A DNA stretch of 64,000 nucleotides from a virus (Duplodnaviria; Caudoviricetes), in the IMG/VR virus record IMGVR_UViG_3300028591_000141, positions 1 through 64,000 of that record, one strand, 5' to 3'. Every line of letters starts with the position of its first letter. Position 1 is the stretch's first letter. Shown in pieces: positions 33,698 through 42,711 of this stretch. Both the position numbers and the translations under genes were made by a program. The notes beneath the pieces are model-generated. The model made no database searches and was not told the DNA's origin. It saw only the letters and a list, made by a program, of their open reading frames with translations.

Positions 33698-34194
33698 TAT
33701 TTGATCACCACGCTTTCCGCCTCTTCCAGGACGGCGTATTCGATCTCTTTGCCGTCCTTCAGTGCCTTCTTGATCTCGTCTTTCCGCAGTTCCGGCTCTT
33801 TGTACCGGATAAACTCCCGCGGATCTTCCGTATTCCGCTCAAGCCATGCGATCAGGTCCTTCTCATCGCCGACAATGGCCACCCGTTGGTTGTGGGTCTG
33901 GTACACATTACACCGGGGCGTTTTCAGCTTTTCGCCGTCCAGGGCGAACAGCAGCCAGTTTTTCAGCCCTTCGATCTTGTTGTCCAGTGCCTTCTTCCGG
34001 GCTGTCAGCTTGTCGGCCTCTTCCTTCACGGCAGCAGCTTCGGCCTTCAGGTCCTTGACCCACAGGGCCACGCCTTCCAGTTTCGCTTCGCGTTCCATCT
34101 GCAGGGCGTCCAGCTTCTCGGTGTCCAGGATCTCACCGGTTTCCTGGTCAACAGCTGCCAATATCTCAGCATTGATTTCATACAAAGGTCTCAT
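33697..34194 (-). CDS. Siphovirus Gp157 family protein
   Basis: 'LYEIN...DQETGEI...IKKALKDG'. Confidence 0.85.
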   Translation of the reverse strand: MRPLYEINAEILAAVDQETGEILDTEKLDALQMEREAKLEGVALWVKDLKAEAAAVKEEADKLTARKKALDNKIEGLKNWLLFALDGEKLKTPRCNVYQTHNQRVAIVGDEKDLIAWLERNTEDPREFIRYKEPELRKDEIKKALKDGKEIEYAVLEEAESVVIK

Positions 34195-34197
34195 TTT

Positions 34198-34698
34198 TCA
34201 TGCTCCTTTCGTTGTCGTTTTGTTCCTGTTTTGCTCTGCTATAGTGGCCCATCTGCAATTATCCGGGCAGTAATCACCATCAACATTGATTCTGTCAATC
34301 GTGAGATCGTTCGCGAATCCATGGCTAAGGGCCCACGCTCTAAAACTCATGAAGTCTGAAAGCCATTCATCGCAAATCTTGATTCCTCTCGCGCCATAGT
34401 GTTTGTAATCCTTACACTTCTGGCTGTAGCACCTGGATTTCATGCTGTTCCATGTGTGGTATAGTTTGTCGTATCTTTTGTGAGAAGCGTACCCATGCTT
34501 CTTAGTAACGTATACGCCTGACTTTCTTGCGCACCCGCAACTCTTTACGCCTCTTCCGATGTTGCTTGCTGAAGCAATGGTCGTATTTCCACAATCGCAC
34601 CGGCAAAGAAAGAATTTGTGCAAATCCTTTGACCCTACTGGCCTTTGAACTTCTTTGATAACTGTCAGCATATCGATTTTCTTGCCAACGCTTATCAT
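34198..34698 (-). CDS. HNH-type homing-endonuclease-like protein
   Basis: 'CRCDCG...SCGC...YGARGIKIC.EW...TIDRINVDGDYCPDNCRW'. Confidence 0.8.
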   Translation of the reverse strand: MISVGKKIDMLTVIKEVQRPVGSKDLHKFFLCRCDCGNTTIASASNIGRGVKSCGCARKSGVYVTKKHGYASHKRYDKLYHTWNSMKSRCYSQKCKDYKHYGARGIKICDEWLSDFMSFRAWALSHGFANDLTIDRINVDGDYCPDNCRWATIAEQNRNKTTTKGA

Positions 34699-34967
34699 GC
34701 TTCTTCCTTCCTTTCGTATCCGGTCTTCATGTTCTTGATGTTTTCCATGGCTTTCTGAAACCCCGGCTGCGGTACCTCCGGCACGTACCGGATCACGCTG
34801 CCGTCGCTCATCGGCACCATCAGATACGGCACCGGATCGACGCCTGGATGGTCCCAATGGGCCTTGATGTTCGGGATGTCGGGAAGGATGCACTCAATCA
34901 TGCAGATCCGCCTCCCATTCCCCGCCATGCCGGTAACGGCAATCATCACAGGCGCCACGATGAGCAT
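34695..34967 (-). CDS. Hypothetical protein (start uncertain)
   Basis: Coupled ORF in early operon. Confidence 0.45.
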   Translation of the reverse strand: MLIVAPVMIAVTGMAGNGRRICMIECILPDIPNIKAHWDHPGVDPVPYLMVPMSDGSVIRYVPEVPQPGFQKAMENIKNMKTGYERKEEA

Positions 34968-35212
34968 ACTTGTAAGCTCTGCATCTATTACACAGTTCGT
35001 TCCGGCAATTCCTGAGCTCGCTCTGAAGGCGCCGGATCTTGTTTTTCATCTCCTGCTCGTTCACAGTTTCACCTCCAACTATTGGCGCGACTTCTCACCG
35101 ACGCCATTTCTGCCTCATATTTTCTTGCGAATTTCCTCAGCTGGTTAATCACCGCTTCAGGATCAGACAACATCATCAGCTTTTGACCATCGTACATAGT
35201 TAGGGAGCTTCA

Positions 35213-35764
35213 TCATTCTGGGCTCACCTCAAGATATTCGGCCTTGATGTAGCCCTGAGACGTGCAGGCCCAGCCGTCGGCAATATAGTAGACATAAACC
35301 TTGCTCAGGTTCGTCAGCCAGGGCGCCCCGCTGACCTGCGGTCCGTTCATCCACCGCCGGCACGCGACTCTTTTCGGAGCGCAGCAAACATAAGTTTTAT
35401 TGATGACTTCCGGCTCTTCCGTTACTACATAGCCGCAGTACACCCAGCCCTCGCCGTATTCTCCGATGTCATAGCAACGGATCCAACCGTCAGCTGATGT
35501 CCAATCAGTCATGAACCAGTCGCCGGCGTCAAGGTAGCCGACTTCCATGCCGTTCTTGCTGGGCGTCCTGCGGACGTGGACATAGTTGATTGTGTGGTCG
35601 TGGTTCTCCGGTTTGCACATCACCCAGCAGCGAACAAGGGCGTCTTCGCCTTTGCAGACGCTGACGGTGATCGCGACGACGACCGTGATGAGGACGGCGA
35701 TCAGCGCGATAAACGCCACTATCTTTTCGCGGTCAAATATGCTATACTTATTTCGATGATTCAT
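35213..35764 (-). CDS. Membrane-anchored protein with two SH3b-like repeats
   Basis: N-terminal TM helix; 'VHVRRTPS...GWVYCGYV' and 'VACRRW...GYIKAEYL'. Confidence 0.6.
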   Translation of the reverse strand: MNHRNKYSIFDREKIVAFIALIAVLITVVVAITVSVCKGEDALVRCWVMCKPENHDHTINYVHVRRTPSKNGMEVGYLDAGDWFMTDWTSADGWIRCYDIGEYGEGWVYCGYVVTEEPEVINKTYVCCAPKRVACRRWMNGPQVSGAPWLTNLSKVYVYYIADGWACTSQGYIKAEYLEVSPE

Positions 35765-35982
35765 TTCATCACCCCATCATTACCGTCAGCAGCTGGTCCC
35801 TGCTGGCGGCTCTTTTTTATCCAGTCTTGATACTCTGCTTCCAGATCCGGGTCGGTGAAGGTGCCGTCAGGATTCGTTATCTTTTTAATCATCCTTGCGA
35901 AGGCACTGGCCGCCGGCCTGAGGTTCGGCTCCTGTCCTGTGTACTCTGCTCTGATCTCAAAGTCAGACATCCGGATCATCAT
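35761..35982 (-). CDS. Hypothetical protein
   Basis: Coupled ORF in early operon. Confidence 0.45.
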   Translation of the reverse strand: MMIRMSDFEIRAEYTGQEPNLRPAASAFARMIKKITNPDGTFTDPDLEAEYQDWIKKSRQQGPAADGNDGVMK

Positions 35983-36202
35983 CCTTGGACAAGACCACGA
36001 TCAGCTGACGGGCCATCTCAGCGATACCGGCGTTATGGTTCGCGATCAGGCAGTTTTCATAGGACACTTCGGCCATTGTTTTCACGGTCTTGTCCGACTT
36101 GATACCGCCGATAATCGGATCTCCCATCAGATCCAGGGCTGTGTGCTCGATGAGTGGAATCAGATCTACCAACTGGAAAGTATGGTATGGACTCCTTGCC
36201 AT
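35963..36202 (-). CDS. Hypothetical protein
   Basis: RBS AAAGGAGGTG before MARSPY. Confidence 0.55.
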   Translation of the reverse strand: MARSPYHTFQLVDLIPLIEHTALDLMGDPIIGGIKSDKTVKTMAEVSYENCLIANHNAGIAEMARQLIVVLSKDDDPDV

Positions 36203-36219
36203 TGTTGTTTCACCTCCTT

Positions 36220-36575
36220 TCCGCTTAAAGCGGACGCTTACCGCAAAAAATAAAGCTGGCCGGGTACTGATACAGATCGCAGATTTCCATGAACTTGTCA
36301 TATCCTGGCACAGTATTTCCTTTTTCCCAGTTTCGGAGCGTTTCAGTTGTGACGTGAAGTTTCGCGGCAGCAACGTCCTGAAGGAATCCTGCATTGACAC
36401 GGGCAGCGGCAAGGGAAATCTTCGGCGGGTAGTTCATGCCCTCCATATTGTGGTTTACCTCCTTTCAAATTGTCTTGAACCACTACCCATTATATCCGCT
36501 TTAAGCGGATTGTCAAGCATTAAGCGGAAATATTTTTTGGTTATGCTTGTTTTTTCCGCTTTTATCGAATATACT
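36220..36575. promoter_or_regulatory. Lysis/lysogeny switch: operators TCCGCTTWAAGCGGA and divergent promoters
   Basis: Palindromes at 36220-36234 and 36495-36509, partial at ~36514-36528 and 36555-36569; minus TTGACA-16-TATAAT (36516-36489); plus TTGTTT-17-TATACT (36547-36575). Confidence 0.8.
36225..36446 (-). CDS. Cro-like HTH regulator
   Basis: 'LAAARVNAGFLQDVAAAKLHVTTETLRNWEKG'. Confidence 0.85.
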   Translation of the reverse strand: MEGMNYPPKISLAAARVNAGFLQDVAAAKLHVTTETLRNWEKGNTVPGYDKFMEICDLYQYPASFIFCGKRPL

Positions 36576-36598
36576 AATGTTCCAAGGAGGAATCAAAT

Positions 36599-36973
36599 AT
36601 GCCAGACAATGCCCGTGAAATCTTCGTAAGAAACCTTCGCTATCTGATGAATGTCAGAGGAATCAGCCAGGCAGATATCTGCCGGGAGCTCGGTGTGTCT
36701 TCAACAACAGTATCAGACTGGTGTGCCGGAAAGAAGTATCCGCGTGTGGACGCTATGCAACGCCTGGCCGATCTGCTGGGTGTACTGTTCTCAACATTGA
36801 CAACAGAAGGCGGTCTGCAGGACTTTGAAGATCAGCAGCGTATCGAAGATCTGCATGAGAATCCGACGCTCCGTTTACTGTTCGACAAGCAGCGCCGACT
36901 CGACGATGCAGATCTGAACGCTGTCCTGGCCGTCGTAAACGCTATTTCAAAGGAGCGTGATCCTGATGGATAA
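36599..36973 (+). CDS. CI-like XRE repressor
   Basis: 'SQADICRELGVSSTTVSDWCAGKKYPR'. Confidence 0.9.
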   Translation: MPDNAREIFVRNLRYLMNVRGISQADICRELGVSSTTVSDWCAGKKYPRVDAMQRLADLLGVLFSTLTTEGGLQDFEDQQRIEDLHENPTLRLLFDKQRRLDDADLNAVLAVVNAISKERDPDG

Positions 36974-37166
36974 TATACCGATTATTTTGAAAGACTTACC
37001 CGTGCACGTGCGCGGGTTTGTTTGCCTCGGCTCTGACTTCGAGCCCATCATTGTTATCAATGCACGTATGTCAAGAGAGCAGCAGCTGCGGACATACAAG
37101 CATGAGGTAAAGCATCTTCAGCGCGGTGAGATGTACAACGTTAACTATCACGAATACTGTATTTGA
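36966..37166 (+). CDS. Short ImmA/IrrE-like HExxH protein
   Basis: 'IIVINARMSREQQLRTYKHEVKH' directly after repressor. Confidence 0.65.
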   Translation: MDNIPIILKDLPVHVRGFVCLGSDFEPIIVINARMSREQQLRTYKHEVKHLQRGEMYNVNYHEYCI

Positions 37167-37179
37167 AGGAGGTACCATC

Positions 37180-37650
37180 ATGAAAAAACTACTCACTGTT
37201 ATCCTGATCCTGGCACTGGCCGTGCCGGCAGCTGCCTTTGCAGATCTGCCCGACATCTCAAACCTGTCCTATGATGAACTTGTCCAACTTAAAGACAGCA
37301 TCAACCTCGCCATGTGGAACAGTCAGGAATGGCAGGAAGTCACAGTCCCGCAAGGGGTTTGGATTGTTGGGAAAGATATCCCTGCCGGAACATGGACCGT
37401 TAAATGTGCGATTGACAATATTGCAGCTATTGTAATCGGTGACACCCTCAGCGAAACGGGCACAGACTTGAAACATTCACAATATTATCACTCGGAACTC
37501 TTAGTGTCTCCTGATTATAAACGTTTTGAGAAAGATAAGGATATTACAGAGTATACTTTCACTGTAAAAGACGGAGATTATATTCAGATAAAAAACGCAT
37601 CCGTTATCTTTACACCTAATACCGGAAAGCCTTCCCTGGGATTCAAATAA
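37180..37650 (+). CDS. Secreted protein of lysogeny module (possible superinfection exclusion)
   Basis: Signal peptide ending AFA; 'GVWIVGKDIPAGTW' motif. Confidence 0.65.
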   Translation: MKKLLTVILILALAVPAAAFADLPDISNLSYDELVQLKDSINLAMWNSQEWQEVTVPQGVWIVGKDIPAGTWTVKCAIDNIAAIVIGDTLSETGTDLKHSQYYHSELLVSPDYKRFEKDKDITEYTFTVKDGDYIQIKNASVIFTPNTGKPSLGFK

Positions 37651-37660
37651 GGAGGCCATC

Positions 37661-39244
37661 ATGTCCACCGCTAAGAAGAAGCTGACAACCTGTGAACCGA
37701 AGACGGCCGTGGCCTATGCCCGCTATTCGTCCGCCCAGCAGCGTGACGTATCCATTGAGCAGCAGCTGCGGGATATCAGGGCATACGCTGAGCGAGAAGG
37801 CTATAAGATCATATATGAATATGCCGATCACGCGAAGTCCGGATTCAAGAATGTCGAACGCCGGACCCAGTTCCAGGCCATGATACAGGCAGCTGCCTCC
37901 GGAGCTTTTGACACAGTCATCGCCTGGAAGGTTGATCGCTTTGGCCGGAATCGCAGGGAGTCAGCAACCTATAAAGGCCAGCTCGCAGACAACGGCGTTA
38001 AGGTCGTATATGCTATGGAACCGATCCCTGACGGGGCCGCCGGTGTTCTTACTGAAGGGATGCTGGAATCCCTGGCAGAATGGTACAGCCGGAACATATC
38101 GGAGAATACAAAACGCGGTCAGCTGGATAACGCCGTCAAAGGATTGTATAACGGCCACGTCGCGTATGGATACCGCCGGAGCGCTGATAACCGCTTCGAG
38201 ATCTATGAGCCGGAGGCTGCAGTCGTTCGCCGGATCTTCGATCTGTACGCTCAAGGACACTCTTTTGCGGATATTGTCAGAGAATTAAATGATGATGGCA
38301 TCCTGACCAAATACGGGAATCCGTACCAGAAAGCATCCGTCTTGTATATCCTTACTAATGACAACTATATCGGAACTTATCATTTTGCAGACGTCAGGAT
38401 CCCGAACAGCCTGCCACCGATCATTGATATGGACTTATGGGAACGTGCCCAGGAGCAGCGTCGGAAGACATACAAAAAGCACGGTTGGGCGCCGGAAGAT
38501 TACTTTCTCTCTGGCCGCTGCACCTGCGGCCTCTGTGGTTCTCCGATCTATGGAGCGTATGGATCCGGACGCGGAGGGAAAAGGTATCAGTATTATCACT
38601 GCAAAGGAATTAAAACAAAACCAAGAATCTGTACATCGCACTATATGCACAAGGAAGACATCGAAAAGCCGATCTTTGACTTCCTGTTTAACAAGATCCT
38701 AAAAGGATCGCTTCTGGACGATTATATCGGCATGGTCTCCGATGTGCTGAAGGCCCGTCAGGCGACGTCGCCGAAGCGGCAGCTGGAAGCTGAACTCAGC
38801 GACACCACACGCCGGATCGACAACATCACCCGCGCCATCAGCGAGGGCATCTGGTCAAAGCAGACCGCCGCCATGCTCGAAGATCTGAATAAACGGGCGG
38901 AAGAACTGGAAAAGAAGATCGCTTACCACAAAATGACCGACGAAAAGATCATCGCGGACAGCCGAATCAGGTTTATCATGGAAAAGGTAGCAGATGGAAA
39001 ACGTGACGATCCGGAATACCTGAAAACAGTGATCAATGTCCTGGTCAATCATGTCAGAATCTTTGATCACTGGCTGGAAGTCGCCATCAACGCAACGGGA
39101 GCCATTGAACAGATACCGCCGGAAATCCTTCCGCCGCTTGACGTTCTGCCTGACGGGAACCGGTTCGAGTTTTGTAAAGTCAACGCCCCTTCACTTTACG
39201 TTCTCGAACCATATCCAGTGATCGTCTTCAAGATTGCAATTTGA
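37661..39244 (+). CDS. int: Large serine integrase
   Basis: 'AYARYSS...SIEQQ...DRFGRN', recombinase domain, zinc ribbon 'CGLCG...YYHC'. Confidence 0.95.
   Translation: MSTAKKKLTTCEPKTAVAYARYSSAQQRDVSIEQQLRDIRAYAEREGYKIIYEYADHAKSGFKNVERRTQFQAMIQAAASGAFDTVIAWKVDRFGRNRRESATYKGQLADNGVKVVYAMEPIPDGAAGVLTEGMLESLAEWYSRNISENTKRGQLDNAVKGLYNGHVAYGYRRSADNRFEIYEPEAAVVRRIFDLYAQGHSFADIVRELNDDGILTKYGNPYQKASVLYILTNDNYIGTYHFADVRIPNSLPPIIDMDLWERAQEQRRKTYKKHGWAPEDYFLSGRCTCGLCGSPIYGAYGSGRGGKRYQYYHCKGIKTKPRICTSHYMHKEDIEKPIFDFLFNKILKGSLLDDYIGMVSDVLKARQATSPKRQLEAELSDTTRRIDNITRAISEGIWSKQTAAMLEDLNKRAEELEKKIAYHKMTDEKIIADSRIRFIMEKVADGKRDDPEYLKTVINVLVNHVRIFDHWLEVAINATGAIEQIPPEILPPLDVLPDGNRFEFCKVNAPSLYVLEPYPVIVFKIAI
39162..39210. 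other. Probable attP (imperfect 49-bp inverted repeat) inside 3' end of integrase
   Basis: GGTTCGAG-N4-GTAAAGT-N12-ACTTTAC-N3-CTCGAACC. Confidence 0.6.
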
Positions 39245-39297
39245 GTGCAAAATCACTGCAAAATCACGACAAAGACATGGAAGTCTGTACAAAGTAC

Positions 39298-39332
39298 AAA
39301 AAAAGCGCCCCGGGAGAATTCCCAGGGCGTTA
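39298..39332 (-). terminator. Terminator between convergent integrase and holin
   Basis: A-run then GCGCCC-C-GGGA...TCCC-A-GGGCGT. Confidence 0.6.
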
Positions 39333-39346
39333 CTTATAGTCAACAG

Positions 39347-39586
39347 TTATTCTTCTTCATCGGGCGGTACTTCTTCTTCCGGAATCTCTACAATTCCGGC
39401 ATTCGCTGCATCGATCAGGCCTTCACCGATGATATAGGCGACAACAGCCGCCCCGGCCATGATCAGCGCTGTCACCTGAACAGCTGTTTCCTGTTTGCCT
39501 CCAAAGGCAAGGATCAGCATAGTAACGAATTCAGCGATAGCCGCCCAGAATTTCCTGCTTGTCAGTTTCCTTTTCCAATCGATCAT
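39347..39586 (-). CDS. Holin
   Basis: 'MIDWKRKLTSRKFW'; two TM helices; 'AYIIGEG'. Confidence 0.85.
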   Translation of the reverse strand: MIDWKRKLTSRKFWAAIAEFVTMLILAFGGKQETAVQVTALIMAGAAVVAYIIGEGLIDAANAGIVEIPEEEVPPDEEE

Positions 39587-40011
39587 TCGTTTGTACCTCC
39601 ATTTATAATATTTTCATGCTCAGCGGTGTATGCCGCTGCCTTTGTGGTCCGTTCGGTCATATACTCTGTCAGAGCTGTTATCTGGTCCTTTAATTTGTCG
39701 TGATCGTTTCCTGAATAAAAGTGCATCATCAGCGCCATCTGAGTATTTAACATATGCCCCATGTCGTCAGATTGCAGCTCGAACCTTTTATCGCCCAAGC
39801 TGAGCCGCGCCTCCACTTTCTTCATCCTCCCTTCCAACGCAGCACACCTGTCAGCAATCGCTTGTACTTTGTCACGGACGGATATTTTACGGTAGGCTTC
39901 CCAGCCTTTGACCAGGGCAACCAGGACGCCGGCGACGGCCACGACCAACGCGACCACATACAGGATCGAATCGAACGTGATCCCTGCCTCCGGCAGTTTT
40001 ACTTCAGGCAT
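39583..40011 (-). CDS. Lysis-module membrane protein (TM plus coiled coil)
   Basis: Start MPEVKL; one TM helix; position between endolysin and holin. Confidence 0.6.
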   Translation of the reverse strand: MPEVKLPEAGITFDSILYVVALVVAVAGVLVALVKGWEAYRKISVRDKVQAIADRCAALEGRMKKVEARLSLGDKRFELQSDDMGHMLNTQMALMMHFYSGNDHDKLKDQITALTEYMTERTTKAAAYTAEHENIINGGTNE

Positions 40012-40889
40012 CAGACAACACTCCCTTTCTTTATTACCGCGCCATGGTAGTTTCCGGCGATTGCCTGGGCCTGTGTCAGGTCCAGACCGGATATGATCAC
40101 ACTGTAAACCGTGACAGGATCCGGCTGTGGTTTCAGACCGTCCACAGCAGCCTGCAGCTCCGCCCATGTACGCGGACCGCAGATCCCGTCAATGCCGAGC
40201 TTGTGGTCCTGCTGGAACTCCTTGACGGCTTTCTCGGTGGCCGTGCCGAAGTCTCCGTCAACGCCGCAGATTCCGAGATTGTACCCGAGCTTGTCGAGCA
40301 TGGTCTGCAGCTGCTTGACGTAGGTGTTCCGGTTGCCTCTCCGGATCGTCGGCAGCTTTGCCGGCTGCGGTTCGGGCGCGGGTGCCGGCACGGGCTCCAC
40401 ACCGTCAAAAGAGACGTCTTTCAGCTCGCCCCAGTGCGTCCAGCGAGCCTCCGTCACCTTGGAGGTGATCACGCCCTTCTGGGTGCCATAGGCTTCGATT
40501 ACGGTGCCGTTCCCGATAAACAAGCCGACATGGCCGTACTTTTTGTCCTTCTCCTTCCAGGTGAATACCGCCGTGCCGGGCTTCAGTTCCTGCCCGTCAG
40601 AGCGCTGGCCTTTGGACAACGTACCATTTGCCACGCACCATTTTCTGTACATAGTGTCAGATCCGTGGTACATGGTAGACCCGAGCTGCTTGAACGCCCA
40701 GGTGAACATACCGGAGCAATCGGCGACATTGTGGCCCACCCACTTCTGGCCGTATTTCACGGTTTGCTCCCGCGTGGCACGGTCCTGCTGGGCCTGCGTC
40801 CACTTCCCGCCGACAGCGCCCCATATATAGCCCCATTTATTTGATAAAGCGAATTGGAACTTACTGATCAGGTCGTTTGCCGTGATCAT
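40011..40889 (-). CDS. Endolysin (NlpC/P60-like peptidase plus peptidoglycan-binding domain)
   Basis: 'GYIWGA...ADCSG...HVGL'; 'VKQLQ...VDGDFG..T..AV..FQ...DGICG..TW'. Confidence 0.9.
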   Translation of the reverse strand: MITANDLISKFQFALSNKWGYIWGAVGGKWTQAQQDRATREQTVKYGQKWVGHNVADCSGMFTWAFKQLGSTMYHGSDTMYRKWCVANGTLSKGQRSDGQELKPGTAVFTWKEKDKKYGHVGLFIGNGTVIEAYGTQKGVITSKVTEARWTHWGELKDVSFDGVEPVPAPAPEPQPAKLPTIRRGNRNTYVKQLQTMLDKLGYNLGICGVDGDFGTATEKAVKEFQQDHKLGIDGICGPRTWAELQAAVDGLKPQPDPVTVYSVIISGLDLTQAQAIAGNYHGAVIKKGSVV

Positions 40890-40995
40890 CGTGCTTTCCT
40901 CCCTTCCACCTTCTCGGATCTGCGCCCATGACGATTATCCAGTCGACCACCACGAGAACGACCGCGATCGCGGCCACATAGACCCACCAGTGCAT
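40861..40995 (-). CDS. 44-aa single-TM peptide upstream of endolysin (not in ORF track)
   Basis: RBS GGAGGTG; MHWWVYVAAIAVVLVVVDWIIVMGADPRRWKGG... Confidence 0.55.
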   Translation of the reverse strand: MHWWVYVAAIAVVLVVVDWIIVMGADPRRWKGGKHDDHGKRPDQ

Positions 40996-41187
40996 ACGGC
41001 ACCTCCAAAAATATGTTTGTTCCCCTTGTCTCGCAAAGGGAACTATGAGAAAATAAGCATAGAAAAAGAGCGCTGCGGGTTAGGCCCCCGCGAACGCTCT
41101 CACAGGTGGAGAATGTGGTGCGAGCACACCCTCCAAGATGAGTTTATCACATCCCTCCACCATTACGCAAGGAAGGATGTGTTTTTT

Positions 41188-42186
41188 GTGTCCGATAATT
41201 CTGAACTGTTCCGAAACGAACTGATCGCGAAGCTCGAATCAATGCTCCCGCCGGAGCAGCTGAGGGCCGTCCTGGCTGCCTTTGACACGACCTCGGCGTC
41301 CTATCAGATCAGCCGGCAGCAGCTGGACCTGATCGCGACTGATGGCTTCCCGGAGCCCGTCAAATGGTATCTGGCATCGAAGGCCGTCGCCAACCGGAGC
41401 CCCGGCACCGTCAAGCAGTACCGTTATAAACTGCTACACTTCTTTGACACTGTCAAAAAGCCGTTCCAGGACATCCGGCCCAACGACATCCGCGTCTACC
41501 TCTTCCAGTTCAAGAAGGAGCGGAACGCGTCCGACTGTTACCTGGAGAGTGTCCGGATCACGCTCAACGGCTTTTTTGGGTGGTTGGTAGCCAACGAATA
41601 CCTCATGCGGAACCCGTGCGCGAACGTGGAGAAGATCCATTTCAACGCGAAGCGCCGGGAACCGCTCAGCATGGAACAGCTGGAGACGCTGCGGTGGAAC
41701 GTCCAGGGCGTCCGGGAAAAGGCGCTGATTGACTTCCTGTTCTCCACCGGCTGCCGCGTCTCTGAGTGCGCTGACGTCCGCCTGTCGGACATCGGCTGGA
41801 AGGACCGTTCCGTTCTGATCCGCCACGGCAAGGGCGATAAGGAACGCATTGTTTATTTCAACGCAGAGGCGCTTGTCTCCATGCGGAAATACATCGACAC
41901 CCGCCAGGACGACACAGACGCGCTGTTTGTCAGCGTCAAGGCGCCACACGCCGCGATCGGCGCCCATGCGCTGGAGAATATCATCAGCAAGGTCGCCGGC
42001 AGGACAGATCTGCACGTTTTCCCGCACAAGCTCCGGCATACCTTCGCCACGGCCGGGATGAACAGCGGGATGCCGCTGCACGTCCTCCAGCAGCTGATGG
42101 GCCATGCCAAACCGGAGACCACCATGATCTACGCGAAGCAGATGCAGGAAGGCCTCCGGGCCGAACATCAGCGGGTGTACGCTTAA
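41188..42186 (+). CDS. XerD-like tyrosine recombinase next to tail-tip gene
   Basis: 'STGCRVSE', 'GKGDKER', 'PHKLRHTFAT', 'LMGH...TTMIY'; GTG start 41188 assumed. Confidence 0.92.
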   Translation: MSDNSELFRNELIAKLESMLPPEQLRAVLAAFDTTSASYQISRQQLDLIATDGFPEPVKWYLASKAVANRSPGTVKQYRYKLLHFFDTVKKPFQDIRPNDIRVYLFQFKKERNASDCYLESVRITLNGFFGWLVANEYLMRNPCANVEKIHFNAKRREPLSMEQLETLRWNVQGVREKALIDFLFSTGCRVSECADVRLSDIGWKDRSVLIRHGKGDKERIVYFNAEALVSMRKYIDTRQDDTDALFVSVKAPHAAIGAHALENIISKVAGRTDLHVFPHKLRHTFATAGMNSGMPLHVLQQLMGHAKPETTMIYAKQMQEGLRAEHQRVYA

Positions 42187-42259
42187 TAAGTTTCCGGCAG
42201 GAGGTGCTTCCCCCTGCCGGTTATTATTTTGACTGTCGGTGCTGCGTTAAATCAGTCAT

Positions 42260-42709
42260 TTATAACTTTGTATATAATGCCCTAACTTTAATTGTCCTGT
42301 TTGCTCCAACCTGTGCAAATGATTTATTCATGCCAAGCAACTGAACATACTGTACCGTTCCGTCTACAATACTCAAATTCGGATAAATACCATCTGTTGT
42401 TGTCAAATAATAAAGATCATCATTCTGAACAAACGTTGCCCCAATCAGAATATACCCTGCTATTGTTGCCGATGCTGAAACCGTTCTGCCAGAACTTGAA
42501 GTTAATTCAATATTATAATCATAATAATGAACTTTTTTGACATTACTATTTAACGAATCAATCTGATCCTGGACAGATGTGTTCCCGACAGCGCCGAGTT
42601 TCGTGTCGAGAAGGTTGGAATTATAGTTGATATCGTCCACGCTGGCCGGGTCTGTTCCCTGGGGGATCCTCAGTCCGATGTTCGGGGTCGGGGTTCCTGT
42701 TGCTGCCAT
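42260..42709 (-). CDS. Tail-tip / receptor-binding-like protein with AT-rich variable C-terminus
   Basis: 'TPNIGLRIP...DINYNSNLLD' N-terminus; GC content drops abruptly after 'SLNSN'. Confidence 0.65.
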   Translation of the reverse strand: MAATGTPTPNIGLRIPQGTDPASVDDINYNSNLLDTKLGAVGNTSVQDQIDSLNSNVKKVHYYDYNIELTSSSGRTVSASATIAGYILIGATFVQNDDLYYLTTTDGIYPNLSIVDGTVQYVQLLGMNKSFAQVGANRTIKVRALYTKL

Positions 42710-42711
42710 AA

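Noticed and set aside
36220-36569. AGCGG copies as further Chi-like sites
   Set aside because: They are arms of palindromic repressor operators and occur on both strands
39245-39346. Junction of two tandem prophages at a shared att site
   Set aside because: Less parsimonious: duplicated replication modules left of here, the symmetric attP-like site and the 33,540-bp repeat spacing place the boundaries at the direct repeats; not fully excluded
40882-41187. N-terminal extension of the tyrosine recombinase ORF
   Set aside because: Overlaps a minus-strand TM peptide gene and a terminator-like hairpin; recombinase-like sequence begins near 41188
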